DNA of 53,721 bases from Marmoricola sp. (GTDB lineage Bacteria > Actinomycetota > Actinomycetes > Propionibacteriales > Nocardioidaceae), in NCBI GenBank assembly GCA_043427135.1, contig JBHWSH010000402.1, forward strand, positions 1-53,721, read 5' to 3'. The notes under the pieces were generated by a model that made no database searches, was not told the origin of the DNA, and saw only the letters and a program-made list of their open reading frames with translations. Position numbers and translations under genes: made by a program. Positions 9,483 to 19,505 of the stretch are shown piece by piece (position 1 is the first letter of the stretch; each line of letters begins with the position of its first letter).

Positions 9483-10364
9483 GTGAGCGACCTCGAGGTC
9501 TCCGTCGGCGGTCGGACGGTCATGGTCAGAGACGCGGGGGCGCTCGGCGGCGTCCCGGTCGTGCATTTCCACGGGACGCCCGGATCGCGACGCGAGGTCG
9601 AGTTCGGTGCTGAGGCCGCGCGGCGTCTGGGTGTGCGGGTGATCAGTTTCGACCGCCCGGGGTTCGGCGGATCCGACGCCGCGCCCACCACGCTCTCCCT
9701 GGTTGCCCAGGAAGTGGAGGCCGTGGCGGTCCGCCTCGGACTGGAGCGGTTCTCGGTGCTCGGGTGGTCCGGGGGCGGGCCGTTCGCACTGGCGACGGCG
9801 GCGCTCCTGGGAGACCGCGTGACGCGGGTCGGGATATCGGGTGGTCTCGCGCCGGTGGACCAGATGCCGGGAGCGCGGGAGGCGCTGGACGAGAACGACC
9901 TGCGCGCCCTCGCGTACCTTCCGGGCGACCCCGCTCGTGCGGCGGAGCAGTTCTACGCGGGCAGCGCTCCCCTGCTCGACGGCATGATGACGATGCTGGA
10001 CGACGAGCAGGCGCCGTGGATCGACTGGATGTGGAGCGAGAGCGACCCGGAGGTGATCGCGGACCCGGAGGCGAGGCGGGCGCTGTTTACCTCGTTCCGC
10101 GAGGCCCTGCGACAGGGACCGATGGCCATCGCGTGGGACAACGTCGCGTTCGTCGGCCCATGGGGGGTCGACCTCGACGCCGTCGTCTGCCCGGTCCACC
10201 TTTGGTACGGCGACCAGGACCAGATGGCACTACCCGCCAACGGCGAGTGGCTGGCGGCGCGGCTGGCCGATGCCGAGCTGGTCGTCTACGAAGGCGAAGG
10301 GCACCTGCTGCCGTTGCGGCACTGGGAGGACATGCTTCGCACGTTGAGTCGCGAGAGGGTTTGA
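9483..10364 (+). CDS. Alpha/beta hydrolase
   Basis: HGTPGSR, DRPGFGGS, GWSGGG nucleophile elbow, GEGH. Confidence 0.9.
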   Translation: MSDLEVSVGGRTVMVRDAGALGGVPVVHFHGTPGSRREVEFGAEAARRLGVRVISFDRPGFGGSDAAPTTLSLVAQEVEAVAVRLGLERFSVLGWSGGGPFALATAALLGDRVTRVGISGGLAPVDQMPGAREALDENDLRALAYLPGDPARAAEQFYAGSAPLLDGMMTMLDDEQAPWIDWMWSESDPEVIADPEARRALFTSFREALRQGPMAIAWDNVAFVGPWGVDLDAVVCPVHLWYGDQDQMALPANGEWLAARLADAELVVYEGEGHLLPLRHWEDMLRTLSRERV

Positions 10365-10366
10365 GG

Positions 10367-10705
10367 ATGGCGTACGACGAGCAGCTGGCTGAGCGGACCC
10401 GGCGCGCGGTCGAGGTCGCGGCGGGGTCGGCGGGCTACCGCGAGATCAAGATGTTCGGCGGACTGTGCTGGACGGTGAACACGCACATGGCCGTCGGCAC
10501 CGGCAGCGAAGACCTGATGGTGTACGTCGGCAAGGCCGGTGTCGAGGCAGCACTGGAGCAGGGCGCCCGCCCGGCGACGATGGGCGAGCGCACCATGGGC
10601 GGCGTCGTCCTGGTCGCTGCTGCGGACCTGCCGGACGACGGGGCACTCGACGCGTGGGTGCGCCCCGCGGTCGAGCGGGCACTGGCGCGGCCTCCGAAGA
10701 GCTGA
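10367..10705 (+). CDS. TfoX/Sxy N-terminal-like protein
   Basis: MAYDEQLAERTR...EIKMFGGLCW pattern. Confidence 0.8.
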   Translation: MAYDEQLAERTRRAVEVAAGSAGYREIKMFGGLCWTVNTHMAVGTGSEDLMVYVGKAGVEAALEQGARPATMGERTMGGVVLVAAADLPDDGALDAWVRPAVERALARPPKS

Positions 10706-10738
10706 GCCCGGCGCGCCGTACGTCGGCGCCGTCGAGAT

Positions 10739-10806
10739 CCGTCCACGTGGACGAGATTCGACGTGGTTCACGGCCGCGACGGGTTCATTCCCGTCCATGT
10801 GGACGG
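10739..10806. repeat. 68-bp double-palindrome element (family D), copy 1
   Basis: CCGTCCACGTGGACG-AGATTC...CCGTCCATGTGGACGG; second copy at 20484. Confidence 0.8.
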
Positions 10807-10844
10807 TTGTCGACGAGGCGGCCGCCCCCGGGCAGTCGGAAGCC

Positions 10845-11477
10845 TCAGCCGACGACGTCGTACCCGGTGTCAAGGCGAGCCTGTTCCACTACGGCTACGA
10901 GGTCGTCATGATGCAGCGGCCGCGAAAGGTCCGGCGCGCTCGGGAACGAATCTGCGGCTCGACCGAACAGCACGACGATGGCACGGCCGGTCATCGTGGA
11001 CGGTGCCCATAGTCCGTCGATTCCTGGTCCAGTCACAGACAGCTGGTCGTGGATGGCTTGCGCCCACCGGCGGCAGACGTGCCGCTCTGACGTGGAGAGG
11101 TCGTACGTCGCTCCGTTGCGCAAGGGCCACGTGTCGATGAGGTCGAGCAGCATCAATCCCCGGGTGGGTCGCCAGCCGGACAGGTGGCGACCGTCCTCGT
11201 GCAGGTCGATGACCCAGCTGTCCTGGAACACCTCGCCGAACGGAGTGGAGGGGTCTGTAGCGGAGTACAGCACGCCGACCCCAGGATGCTCGCGCGGTGG
11301 CGGCGGGTGAGGATCCCATCGCGCGGTGGTCGGACCCCAGGTGCGCATGGCGTCCCAGCGCGACGCATGTCTTCCAGAGGTGGCGTGGATGCGTAACAGC
11401 GGGCCGTCGTAGCTGCGTAGGTCGCGGTCCTCGTACGTCAGCGGGCCGGGTGGGGCGCTGGGGGACTTCGGCGTCAT
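10845..11477 (-). CDS. RES-domain toxin (NAD+-consuming/ART-like fold)
   Basis: Conserved R (LLRIH), RWDPH, GVLY, E (FGEVF), S (GLWAPS); ATGA-coupled to the upstream gene. Confidence 0.85.
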   Translation of the reverse strand: MTPKSPSAPPGPLTYEDRDLRSYDGPLLRIHATSGRHASRWDAMRTWGPTTARWDPHPPPPREHPGVGVLYSATDPSTPFGEVFQDSWVIDLHEDGRHLSGWRPTRGLMLLDLIDTWPLRNGATYDLSTSERHVCRRWAQAIHDQLSVTGPGIDGLWAPSTMTGRAIVVLFGRAADSFPSAPDLSRPLHHDDLVAVVEQARLDTGYDVVG

Positions 11478-12055
11478 CGGCGGGCGAAGGACTCCGCCAG
11501 CCAGACGACGGCCTCGACGGAGCCGCCGCCGGCCAACCACTGAACGGCGGAAAGGTCGTTGAGTTCCTCGCGCGGCTGCGTCATCCAACGCTCCATGGCG
11601 ACCGGATGCATGCTCTGAGGCAAGGCACCTAGGACCTGCCGAAGGCCGGTGAGCGGCTTGTCGTCGACGAACTGCCACTCCGGGAACAACAGCTCGCGCT
11701 GGGGCCCCCGCGGGTAGGCGTAAAGGTCCTTGGCCGCTGCGGAACGCCGTACGTTCGCTGTCGCGCGACCGCCCAACCGCTCGCCCGCTTCGGCGGTGGT
11801 GAGTCCGCGGGTGGCCCGTGTCTGGGCGTTGACCGATGCCGTGGCCAGCTCGACCCGGGCCCGTGCTTGCGTCATCGCGTCAAAACTCTCCGGAGGAGCC
11901 CCAGAGTCGAGCAGGAACTGGCGTTCGCCGGCACTCATCGCATCGCGCGTCGCCAGCACCTCGACGAAGATCTCGTAGACCACGGCCGGGTCGACGTCCA
12001 GGTCGCGCTCGGCCACGGCCTGGGCGATAACGTCGGGATCCAGCAGGTGCGGCAT
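11474..12055 (-). CDS. Putative antitoxin of the RES toxin (HTH plus Xre/MbcA/ParS-like C-terminus)
   Basis: LTTAEAGERLG HTH, FPEWQF, W..P..EL...S...WL; directly upstream of RES. Confidence 0.75.
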   Translation of the reverse strand: MPHLLDPDVIAQAVAERDLDVDPAVVYEIFVEVLATRDAMSAGERQFLLDSGAPPESFDAMTQARARVELATASVNAQTRATRGLTTAEAGERLGGRATANVRRSAAAKDLYAYPRGPQRELLFPEWQFVDDKPLTGLRQVLGALPQSMHPVAMERWMTQPREELNDLSAVQWLAGGGSVEAVVWLAESFARR

Positions 12056-12107
12056 GACGCCATGATACGCCGTATCGACGAATTCGGTCTGCTGCGTGTG
12101 AGCGAAA

Positions 12108-12122
12108 GATCATAGTATGATC
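12108..12122. promoter_or_regulatory. Palindrome GATCATAGTATGATC in the divergent promoter between the RES TA operon and fic
   Basis: AT-rich 7-1-7 inverted repeat in an 86-bp intergenic region. Confidence 0.5.
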
Positions 12123-12141
12123 CTTCGCTCAAGGAGGCGTC

Positions 12142-13475
12142 ATGGCTCGACGGGAACGCGTCGAGGTGCCACCCGACTACGCCGGGTCGTCCCGCGTTGA
12201 GCGCCGGGGCGGTGTGTACCGGCGCTACCACCCTGACCGCTTCGGAGGCACAACGACTGGGCTCAGTGGCCGAGTCATCGAGCAGGCAGCCGACGTGACC
12301 GGGGGGTTGCAGGCGTTCGGCGCGCGCCTGAGGACCAACCCGTTCCCAGTGTTGTACTCGACCGCCCTCCGGTCCGAGTCCATCTCGTCGTCCTGGATCG
12401 AGGGCATCCGGGCGACACCCCGCGACATCGCATTCGCGAACCTCCGAACACTCGACCAGGACCTGCATGCCGACGGCGCCTCAACCCACGTGGCCGAGCA
12501 AGTCGTTCGCAACGCACGGGCGATGAGGGACGCGATCGGCTTGCTCGGAGACGGGACCTGGCAGCACGAGCACATCTGCACATACACCAGCAGCTCCTAC
12601 CCCGGCACCGCCGGGGTTATCGAGAGACGCAGGTCTGGATCGGTGGGGCCAGCCCGTTGCATGCCGAGTACGCCGGCCCCCCGCACGAGACCGTCCACGG
12701 CTACATGGACGACCTGCTGGAGTACGCCAACACCTCCGGCGACCTTCCGGTGGTCCTGGCGGCACTGGTGCACGCACAGTTCGAGTCGATCCACCCGTTC
12801 GAGGACGGGAACGGCAGGGTCGGCCGGGCACTCGTGCACGGCGTCTTCAAGCGTGCTGGCCTGGTCGACGGCGGCGTCGTGCCGCTGTCGGCAGTGCTGC
12901 GAAACGACACTGGCGGCTACGTCGGGGCGCTCACCGCATATCGGTACGACGGAACGTCGCGCAGGGCGCGAACGACGGCGCTGGACGACTACGTGAGCAG
13001 GTTCCTCGGCTACGTCGCCACCGCGGTCGCATCCGCGAACCGCTTCGTCGACGCTGCGCTGGCGTTGAATGCGCGCTGGCGTGGGGCGCTCGCCGGGACC
13101 CGGACGGATGCAGCGCTGCATCGAGCCCTGGACGTCGTCGTCGAGTACCCGGTCATGACCACCCGACTGCTGGCCGAGCAACTGGGGGTGACGCCCCGTC
13201 GGGCCGAGGACCTGGTGCGCGAGCTGAGCGCGGTCGGGGTGCTAAGCCCTAGCACCGGCAAGTACCGGCGTTCGGCGATCTACCAGGCCGACGACATCCT
13301 GACGTTGCTCGCGTTCGGCGCAGAAGCGGGCCCTGCGAGTCGAGCACCCGACCGCGCATCCGCCATCGAGCCACTGAGGCTGCGGTGTGACGCTCCGACG
13401 GCCGATGGTGCGTGTCGCAACCGGGTGTCAGAGCGTGGGGTGAGGTGCTGGCGACACCGCGCTGACTGCTGCTGA
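12142..13475 (+). pseudogene. Fic family protein with a 1-bp frameshift at ~12576
   Basis: N-part (LRSESISSSWIEG) and C-part with canonical HPFEDGNGRVGR lie in different frames; adding one C restores ...HEHILHIHQQLLP... Confidence 0.85.
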
Positions 13476-13482
13476 CGCGAGC

Positions 13483-13715
13483 GTGAAGCTTTGGCAAAGC
13501 CCTGGCAGGCGCAGGACCGCAAAGTCCTGAAGCGCATCAACCTTTTGATCGCTGACATCACGCGCAACGGCAACGAGGGCATCGGCAAGCCAGAGGCGCT
13601 CAGGTACGACTTCGCCGGCTATTGGAGACGCCGCATCAGCGCTGAGCATCGCCTGGTTTACAAGGTCGTAGGTGACGAGGTCCGCATAGCCGCCTGCCGC
13701 TACCACTACGGCTGA
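13483..13715 (+). pseudogene. yoeB: Orphan Txe/YoeB toxin with damaged N-terminus
   Basis: WQAQDRKVLKRIN...GIGKPEAL...GYW.RRI..EHRLVY...CRYHY; GTG AAG CTT (MKL) start is out of frame; no adjacent yefM. Confidence 0.8.
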
Positions 13716-13802
13716 TCCCCTGCGCGGGCACGCTGCTCACGGCAGGATGGTGGGGCATCAGTCAGACGGGGGATTCGTAATGTCATCAGGCAGGCACCAG
13801 TA

Positions 13803-14654
13803 ATGGCCGGCACTCTTTCAGGTCTCGAAGTCGGCCGTCGGGTCAGTGGCTTCGTGTTCGAGGTCGGCGTCAAGGCGTACGGCGCGGCCGCTGCGCTCAG
13901 TGTCGCTCTGAGCGACGCCGAGACCGCCGGCGGGAAGGCCAAGGATGCGGTGGCCGCGGTGCCCAACCTGATGGACCGCTACCGCGACGCCAAGTACGTC
14001 GTCGAGCACCGCGAGGAGATCCAGACCTCGCTCGACTACATGCAACAGAACGCACCGGATGCTGAGCAGCTGGAAGCCACGGCGGCGAAGAGTGTCGACA
14101 CGCTCGAGGGGATCTCCCAGACCTGGGACGAGACCGCTGCTGCCTGGGATGCCATGTCCACGTGGAGGATCTGGCGGGGCATCCCCGATTCGTTCGGCCA
14201 CCTTCGCGCGGCCTGGGACGCGAAGCCCGACTTCGACTCCATCCGTCAACTCGCGGACGTAACCGAGGACGTGGCCCCCTTCGTGGAGTATGGCAAGGTC
14301 CTGGTTCCCAAGCTCTACGACCTTCTCTTGTTGGTCGTGGACAACTTCGCCCGCGACGAGATCGTGTCCACGGTCGGCGTCATGCTGGCTGCGCTCTTCA
14401 TCGCGTACGTCGCGGGCACGTGGATCGGTTTCTGGGCTCGCCGAGGTCGGCCACGCCTGATCGCACGCACCCTCCAACGGTTGGGTGCCCGCCGCTACTC
14501 CAAGTGGTACGCCGCCAACTCCGAAGTCGCGCTCGGCGAACCGGTTGTCGCCGCGTCCCGTGAGAGCCTCATCCGCGACATCGTCGACGATCCGGAGAAC
14601 ACGTTGGACCCAGCGGCGTACGAGGTACTGCAGCGCCACTTCATGCGCAAATAG
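13803..14654 (+). CDS. Hypothetical membrane-anchored helical protein
   Basis: 283-aa ORF with one TM segment (VGVMLAALFIAYVAGTWIGFW). Confidence 0.65.
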   Translation: MAGTLSGLEVGRRVSGFVFEVGVKAYGAAAALSVALSDAETAGGKAKDAVAAVPNLMDRYRDAKYVVEHREEIQTSLDYMQQNAPDAEQLEATAAKSVDTLEGISQTWDETAAAWDAMSTWRIWRGIPDSFGHLRAAWDAKPDFDSIRQLADVTEDVAPFVEYGKVLVPKLYDLLLLVVDNFARDEIVSTVGVMLAALFIAYVAGTWIGFWARRGRPRLIARTLQRLGARRYSKWYAANSEVALGEPVVAASRESLIRDIVDDPENTLDPAAYEVLQRHFMRK

Positions 14655-14776
14655 CTATCGAGCCTGCCGTCGTAGTTCGAGCACCACAAGATCTGGGTAG
14701 CCCGCGCGGTGCTCGGCCGGCCGTGCCGCCTCACGGAACTGGCCGTGCGGGCGGTTTTGCCGGGCAGGATCGAACG

Positions 14777-15163
14777 ATGGACTCACCATTTGCTGTACGT
14801 GTGGGCGCAGGCACGCTGCGCGGCTCCGAACGCGTTCTGCTCGCCCATCCCTGGACAGATGCGGGCGTGACGGTCGGCCCGCTGACCAATGGCGCTCAGG
14901 CGCTGCACCTCGCCGTTGGCCTATGCGTCCTGAACGACAGCTACCGCGAAGCGGAACGGCTCGGCATCGTCCTCAACGGGGTCGCCGTCGTGGCCGAGGG
15001 CGGGTTCGACGACCAATGGAGATCGACCGGAATCGAGTACGCAGTTATCTTCGACTCCGCCGCGGCGCCTGAGGACTTGCGGCATCTCGTTGAAGTCGTC
15101 GACGGCGTTGCAGAGGTTCCGAAGGCACTCCGCGCCGGGGCATCGTTAGCCAGGCGAGTTTGA
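14777..15163 (+). CDS. OsmC/Ohr family protein
   Basis: NGAQALHLAVGLCVLND...VAEVPKALR pattern. Confidence 0.7.
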   Translation: MDSPFAVRVGAGTLRGSERVLLAHPWTDAGVTVGPLTNGAQALHLAVGLCVLNDSYREAERLGIVLNGVAVVAEGGFDDQWRSTGIEYAVIFDSAAAPEDLRHLVEVVDGVAEVPKALRAGASLARRV

Positions 15164-15353
15164 GCGACCACGTCGGCGGCGCGGGCTCTTCCTGCTACGA
15201 CGCCCACCACCGACGGAGGCGATCGAAGCAGTCGGCTGCCCGAACGACGGCGCACTGTTGGGGGCATCGCTGAGGGGAGTTGATGCGTTCCCACCTCGGG
15301 CGCAGTCCGTATCGGTGAGACTGAGCGGGACGCGTCGACGGGAGGACATTGGG

Positions 15354-16166
15354 ATGCATCTACGCCGGACAGTGGGGCTCGCGACCATCGCACTCATGGT
15401 GGGGCTGTTGACACTGGTTGGCTCACAGGCCTCGTCATCGGCGTCGGCGTCTCAGTACAAGCGGCCTGTCGCCCTCGTCGCATCGACTACTGAGCTGGTC
15501 GAGGGGGACCGGTTGAAGCTGACTGCGACGATCGCCAACCCGCGCAAGGCGAAGCGAGTCACCCTCGAACGGTGGAACGTTCCGCTGTACTACGGCACCC
15601 CGTCCTGGCAGACGGTGAAGTCTGTGAAGGTACGGAACCGAAAGCGCGTGACGTTCAAGTACGTCGCCACCGCGTTGAACAGCGAACGCTTCCGGGCGGT
15701 CGTGACCTACAAGTCCGCGAAGCCCGCGCGCTCGAAGACGATCGGCGTCAAGGTATGGCGCTGGATTCCCTTGTCCGACTACCGGCCGTACTACGACACG
15801 AACCACCTCATCTTCAGCGACGTCACCATCAATGGACGTCGATACAAGGGATACGGTCCGCCGTCCTACTCCCGAGCACGGTCGTGGGAGGCACGGTTCA
15901 CGCCCGGCAGGAACTGTCGCGCCTTTCGGGGTGTTGCCGGACTCGCCGACATCTCCGGGGACGGATCAAGCGGATCGGTGACTATCACGGCCGACGATGC
16001 CGTGACCTATGAGTCGCCAGCGCTGACGCCAGGCATGGACTCTCCATTCGAGATCTCGTTAGAGCTGCCCTACCGGCTGGGCCTCCAGTTCCTCAACACC
16101 TCGCCGGAGAAGGTCGACTCATGGCCGGTCATCGGTGAACCTGCGCTGTTGTGCACAGGTGTATGA
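15354..16166 (+). CDS. Secreted protein with C-terminal NPCBM/NEW2-like domain
   Basis: Signal peptide; CRAFRGVAGLAD...GSVTITAD...LTPG...GEPALLC pattern. Confidence 0.6.
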   Translation: MHLRRTVGLATIALMVGLLTLVGSQASSSASASQYKRPVALVASTTELVEGDRLKLTATIANPRKAKRVTLERWNVPLYYGTPSWQTVKSVKVRNRKRVTFKYVATALNSERFRAVVTYKSAKPARSKTIGVKVWRWIPLSDYRPYYDTNHLIFSDVTINGRRYKGYGPPSYSRARSWEARFTPGRNCRAFRGVAGLADISGDGSSGSVTITADDAVTYESPALTPGMDSPFEISLELPYRLGLQFLNTSPEKVDSWPVIGEPALLCTGV

Positions 16167-16603
16167 ACTCCCGCGCGCGGTAGCGTGACATTCGCGGCGG
16201 AAAGACGCGCTCGTCGCGACGGACGCCGGATCATTGGTAGTACCGGCACCAATAGTCAAGCGCATATCTGTTCGCCGCGACTGGCGGGGTCGGGTCTGCC
16301 TTGCCCGTATTCGTCGACTAGTCGGACCGATCGGGGTAGAGGGGTGAAAGGCCAGGGATCGAGTCGGACGCCGCATCAAGTCCGTGCTCCATTGCGATCC
16401 CCGTGGATCCGTTCTTCGCGCTCTTCGTGAGGTCAAACAGGGTCTGCGCGTCCAAGCCGTCGCGACGAAGATGCGGAGGTTGATGAGGAACGCAGCGACC
16501 CACTTCTGAAACGGCCAGTTGAGTGCGAGGATATCGTTGATATCGAATGACCGGCCCGCATCGGCCCTTGCCCTGAGCGCTGAGGCGAGCGCAGTTGCCT
16601 TAT

Positions 16604-16797
16604 GGTGCTGGTCGTGGAGCGTCGCTGGAGTACCCGCGACCGAGCACCTCGTCGTCGACCTCGGCCCCTCCCAATGCCGGGTCGAGATGACGGTGCCGTG
16701 GTGGGCGGTGTCCTACCTCGGCATCGTCGCGGTCGCGTTGTCGCGGATCCGGCGGTACGCCGAGGAGGCGGCGGTAGGGCGGCCGTCGACGCTCTGA
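16604..16797 (+). pseudogene. 5'-truncated copy of the SRPBCC/polyketide cyclase gene at 44140
   Basis: WSW.VAGVPATEH.VVDLGPSQCRVEM matches only the C-terminal half of 44140..44559. Confidence 0.85.
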
Positions 16798-16868
16798 GTG
16801 GACGCTTCCCTCCGCGCCGCGGAGGGTGTAGGCACGGGGGTCATGCATCGTGACGACGGGAGTGAGCC

Positions 16869-17210
16869 GTGACGGAATACCTGATCTCGTTCCCCAGCGG
16901 CGAGATGAACATCCCCGACGGCGGACTCGAGGAGGTCTCGCAGACTGCACACGCCGTCGTACGCGAAGCCAAGGAAGCCGGGGTCTGGGTCTTCGGCGGC
17001 GACATCGACGAGAGCGTCCCGCCGGTCCGTGTCGCCGCGGACGGCACGGTCATCGAGGGCACCTATCCGCAGACGAAACAACTCGAGGGCGGCTACAGCA
17101 TCCTCGAGCTCGAGACGTACGACGACGCGTGGCGTTGGGCGGCGAAGTTCGCCGCAGGGTGCCGGTGCCCCCAGGAAGTGCGGGCGTTCGCCTACGACCC
17201 GGAGAGCTGA
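16869..17210 (+). CDS. YciI/DGPF family protein, copy 1
   Basis: AKEAGVWVFGG, GTYPQTKQLEGGYSILE, CPQEVRAF. Confidence 0.85.
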   Translation: MTEYLISFPSGEMNIPDGGLEEVSQTAHAVVREAKEAGVWVFGGDIDESVPPVRVAADGTVIEGTYPQTKQLEGGYSILELETYDDAWRWAAKFAAGCRCPQEVRAFAYDPES

Positions 17211-17236
17211 GCGCCCTAGCGAATCGAGCGGGCGAT

Positions 17237-17407
17237 CTACTCCTTCGACGGAGCGCATGCCAGGATCGCGCCCGACACGGCCAGCCCGAGGCCCAGTGTG
17301 TCGAAGTGGGTCAGTTCCGGCGTACCGGAGTCCCCCACGGCGTTGACGATGAGCACGCCGACGCCGAGCAGCCAAACGAAGGGGCCGATCCCGGGAACGA
17401 TGTCCAT
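17237..17407 (-). CDS. 56-aa hydrophobic small protein, copy 1
   Basis: MDIVPGIGPF...ACAPSKE; same-length homologue at 45000..45170. Confidence 0.5.
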   Translation of the reverse strand: MDIVPGIGPFVWLLGVGVLIVNAVGDSGTPELTHFDTLGLGLAVSGAILACAPSKE

Positions 17408-17465
17408 CGCCGCAGAGTACGGGGCACCGGATCCCGGCGACGTGTGGCTCTGCCGAATCGATGGC

Positions 17466-17477
17466 GTTACATGTAAC
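17466..17477. promoter_or_regulatory. Perfect palindrome GTTACATGTAAC, likely TA operator
   Basis: Ends 8 bp upstream of the antitoxin start codon. Confidence 0.6.
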
Positions 17478-17485
17478 ATGAACGC

Positions 17486-17689
17486 GTGGCGGTCCGAGAG
17501 CGAGTGAGCGAGTACCGGGCCCGGATGCGAGCCCAGGGTCTGCGTCCGGTCCAGATCTGGCTGCCCGACGTGCGGTCGGCCGAGTTCGCGGCGGAGGCGC
17601 ACCGGCAGTCCGCCTTGGTCGCATCCGCTCCTGCTGCCGATGAGGACATGGGCTTCGTCGAGGCCGTGTCAGACGACTGGGACGAATGA
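17486..17689 (+). CDS. Antitoxin (DUF3018/MazE-like)
   Basis: RERV..YRARMRAQGLRPVQIWLPDVRS; acidic tail; ATGA-coupled to the toxin. Confidence 0.85.
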   Translation: MAVRERVSEYRARMRAQGLRPVQIWLPDVRSAEFAAEAHRQSALVASAPAADEDMGFVEAVSDDWDE

Positions 17690-18012
17690 GCCGCGGACTC
17701 GTCGTCACGGTCGCTGGTGGCGTCTACGCCAGCAAACCCCGGCCGGCACTGATCCTGCAGGATGACCGCTTCGACGCGACCGACTCGGTGACGGTCTGTC
17801 CGTTCACCACCGCCGCCGTGGATGCGCCGATGCTGCGGGTGCCCGTCGCTGCCGATGAGGGCAACGGGCTCGACCAGGACAGCTTCGTGATGATCGACAA
17901 GATCACGACCGTTCGCAGGAGCAATCTCGGAGAGGAAGTCGGGCGACTTGATGCGGCAACCATGGTCGAGGTCGAGAGACGAGTCCTCGTGTTCCTCGGC
18001 TTCGGTGCGTGA
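17686..18012 (+). CDS. mazF: PemK/MazF family toxin
   Basis: SKPRPALILQ, VTVCPFTT, S.VMIDKITTV, VGRL. Confidence 0.9.
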   Translation: MSRGLVVTVAGGVYASKPRPALILQDDRFDATDSVTVCPFTTAAVDAPMLRVPVAADEGNGLDQDSFVMIDKITTVRRSNLGEEVGRLDAATMVEVERRVLVFLGFGA

Positions 18013-18073
18013 GCGAGGTCTCTCGCAGGCTCATTGGCCATACCGGCTGCGCGGCGTTCTCGGCCGTGACGCT

Positions 18074-18466
18074 TCACGCCAAGCGAAACTGCAAGCAGAC
18101 AACCGGTGTCCGGTCTTCGACCGGCGTGCCCGCTTCCGCCCAGTAGCGCCGATGGCCCGCCCGCCACTCCTCCAGGTCGGCGTCGCCCTCACCTTCTGCT
18201 TCAGCGAACGACCATGGCACGTCGACGAACCGCATGACGTCGACCTGCGTCACCTCGATGGTGGCGATCTGTCGCCGGTCGTTGTCGAGCACGGCAAGAC
18301 GTTCGCCGACGTGCTCGAGGACCTCGCCCTCCTGCTCGTACTCGCTGACCAGCCCGGCCGTCGCCCGCTTCCGCCCGGTCAGCACGAGAGCGTTGAGTTC
18401 GTCGCGCATCCGTCCGGGGAAGCCGAACTCGACCGAGCGGAGACCCCCAACGCGCGGCCAGGTCAT
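18074..18466 (-). CDS. ASCH domain protein, copy 1
   Basis: GRKRATAG, FAEAEGEGD, W...H..YW. Confidence 0.9.
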   Translation of the reverse strand: MTWPRVGGLRSVEFGFPGRMRDELNALVLTGRKRATAGLVSEYEQEGEVLEHVGERLAVLDNDRRQIATIEVTQVDVMRFVDVPWSFAEAEGEGDADLEEWRAGHRRYWAEAGTPVEDRTPVVCLQFRLA

Positions 18467-18626
18467 CGCGCACTCCAACGAGTGCGGCGCCACGGCTCGG
18501 CAGACATGTCCAGCAGGTTATGCCCGAGCGTTGGACGGCGCCGACCTCCTGCCTGAAATGCCCGTTTCGCAGACAGTGTGCGGTGGGCCCTCTTACGGTG
18601 TCGTCTTCGGCAACGGGAGGGTCGAG

Positions 18627-19487
18627 ATGGCAGGGGAATCTGCGCGCGAGGTCGCGCGACGTCGACGCGAGAAGGCAGACCGGCTCGCCCGCACCGCCGA
18701 GCTCTTCGAGCGGGGGGCGGAGGGCGAAGAGGCCACAGCAGCGGCGCTCGCTGCACTGCCGGCCACTGACTGGGCGGTGTTCCATGACATCCGTTGGCCC
18801 GGGCGCCGCTACGCCAACGTCGACCATGTGGTCGTCGGACCTCCAGGCGTGTTCGTCGTCGACTCGAAGAACTGGTCGGGATCCGTCGTGGTCCGAGACC
18901 AGGTTCTGCGGCAGAACGGCCGCAGTCGCGAGCCAGCGGTGGTTGGCGCAGCGGAAGCCGCTCTGGCCATCGCCCAACTGACGCGCGAGGTCCCGGCGAA
19001 CCACGTCCACCCGGTGCTGTGCTTCGTGCGCGACGAACCCATTGCAGGCTGGGCTCGAGACGTCATGGTGTGCTCCACCGGCAACATCGTGCAGATGCTG
19101 CTGTCGCGTCCTGTCGTGCTCAGCTCGGAGCAGCGACGGGCTGCCGCCCTCGACATCGACGCAAGCACCCATGCGGCCCTCGACATCGCACCGGCTCGAC
19201 CGGTTGCCACCGCGCCCGCGCCGCGGCGTACGGCACCGCGACGGCCCCACCCCGCAACCCCGGCTCAACCGCGCAGGCGCTCGCGCGGTCGCCGCTCTCG
19301 CCCGGGTGGCCCGGTCAAGCTCGGCCTGGTCGCGGCGGCCGTGGGCGCCTTCCTCTACGTCCCCGGCGTGCAGCATGCAGTGACCGACGGCGTCACGAAG
19401 ATTCTCGTGCCTGAGCAGACCTCCGCAGCGCCCGTCGACGACGTACCGAAGCGCGACAAGAACGCAGCGAAGCAGAACCGAGACTGA
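18627..19487 (+). CDS. NERD nuclease-related domain protein with C-terminal TM anchor, copy 1
   Basis: GAEGEE, VFHDI, NVDHVVVGPPGVFVVDSKNW. Confidence 0.9.
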   Translation: MAGESAREVARRRREKADRLARTAELFERGAEGEEATAAALAALPATDWAVFHDIRWPGRRYANVDHVVVGPPGVFVVDSKNWSGSVVVRDQVLRQNGRSREPAVVGAAEAALAIAQLTREVPANHVHPVLCFVRDEPIAGWARDVMVCSTGNIVQMLLSRPVVLSSEQRRAAALDIDASTHAALDIAPARPVATAPAPRRTAPRRPHPATPAQPRRRSRGRRSRPGGPVKLGLVAAAVGAFLYVPGVQHAVTDGVTKILVPEQTSAAPVDDVPKRDKNAAKQNRD

Positions 19488-19505
19488 CGCGCTCTAGCCT
19501 AGCGG

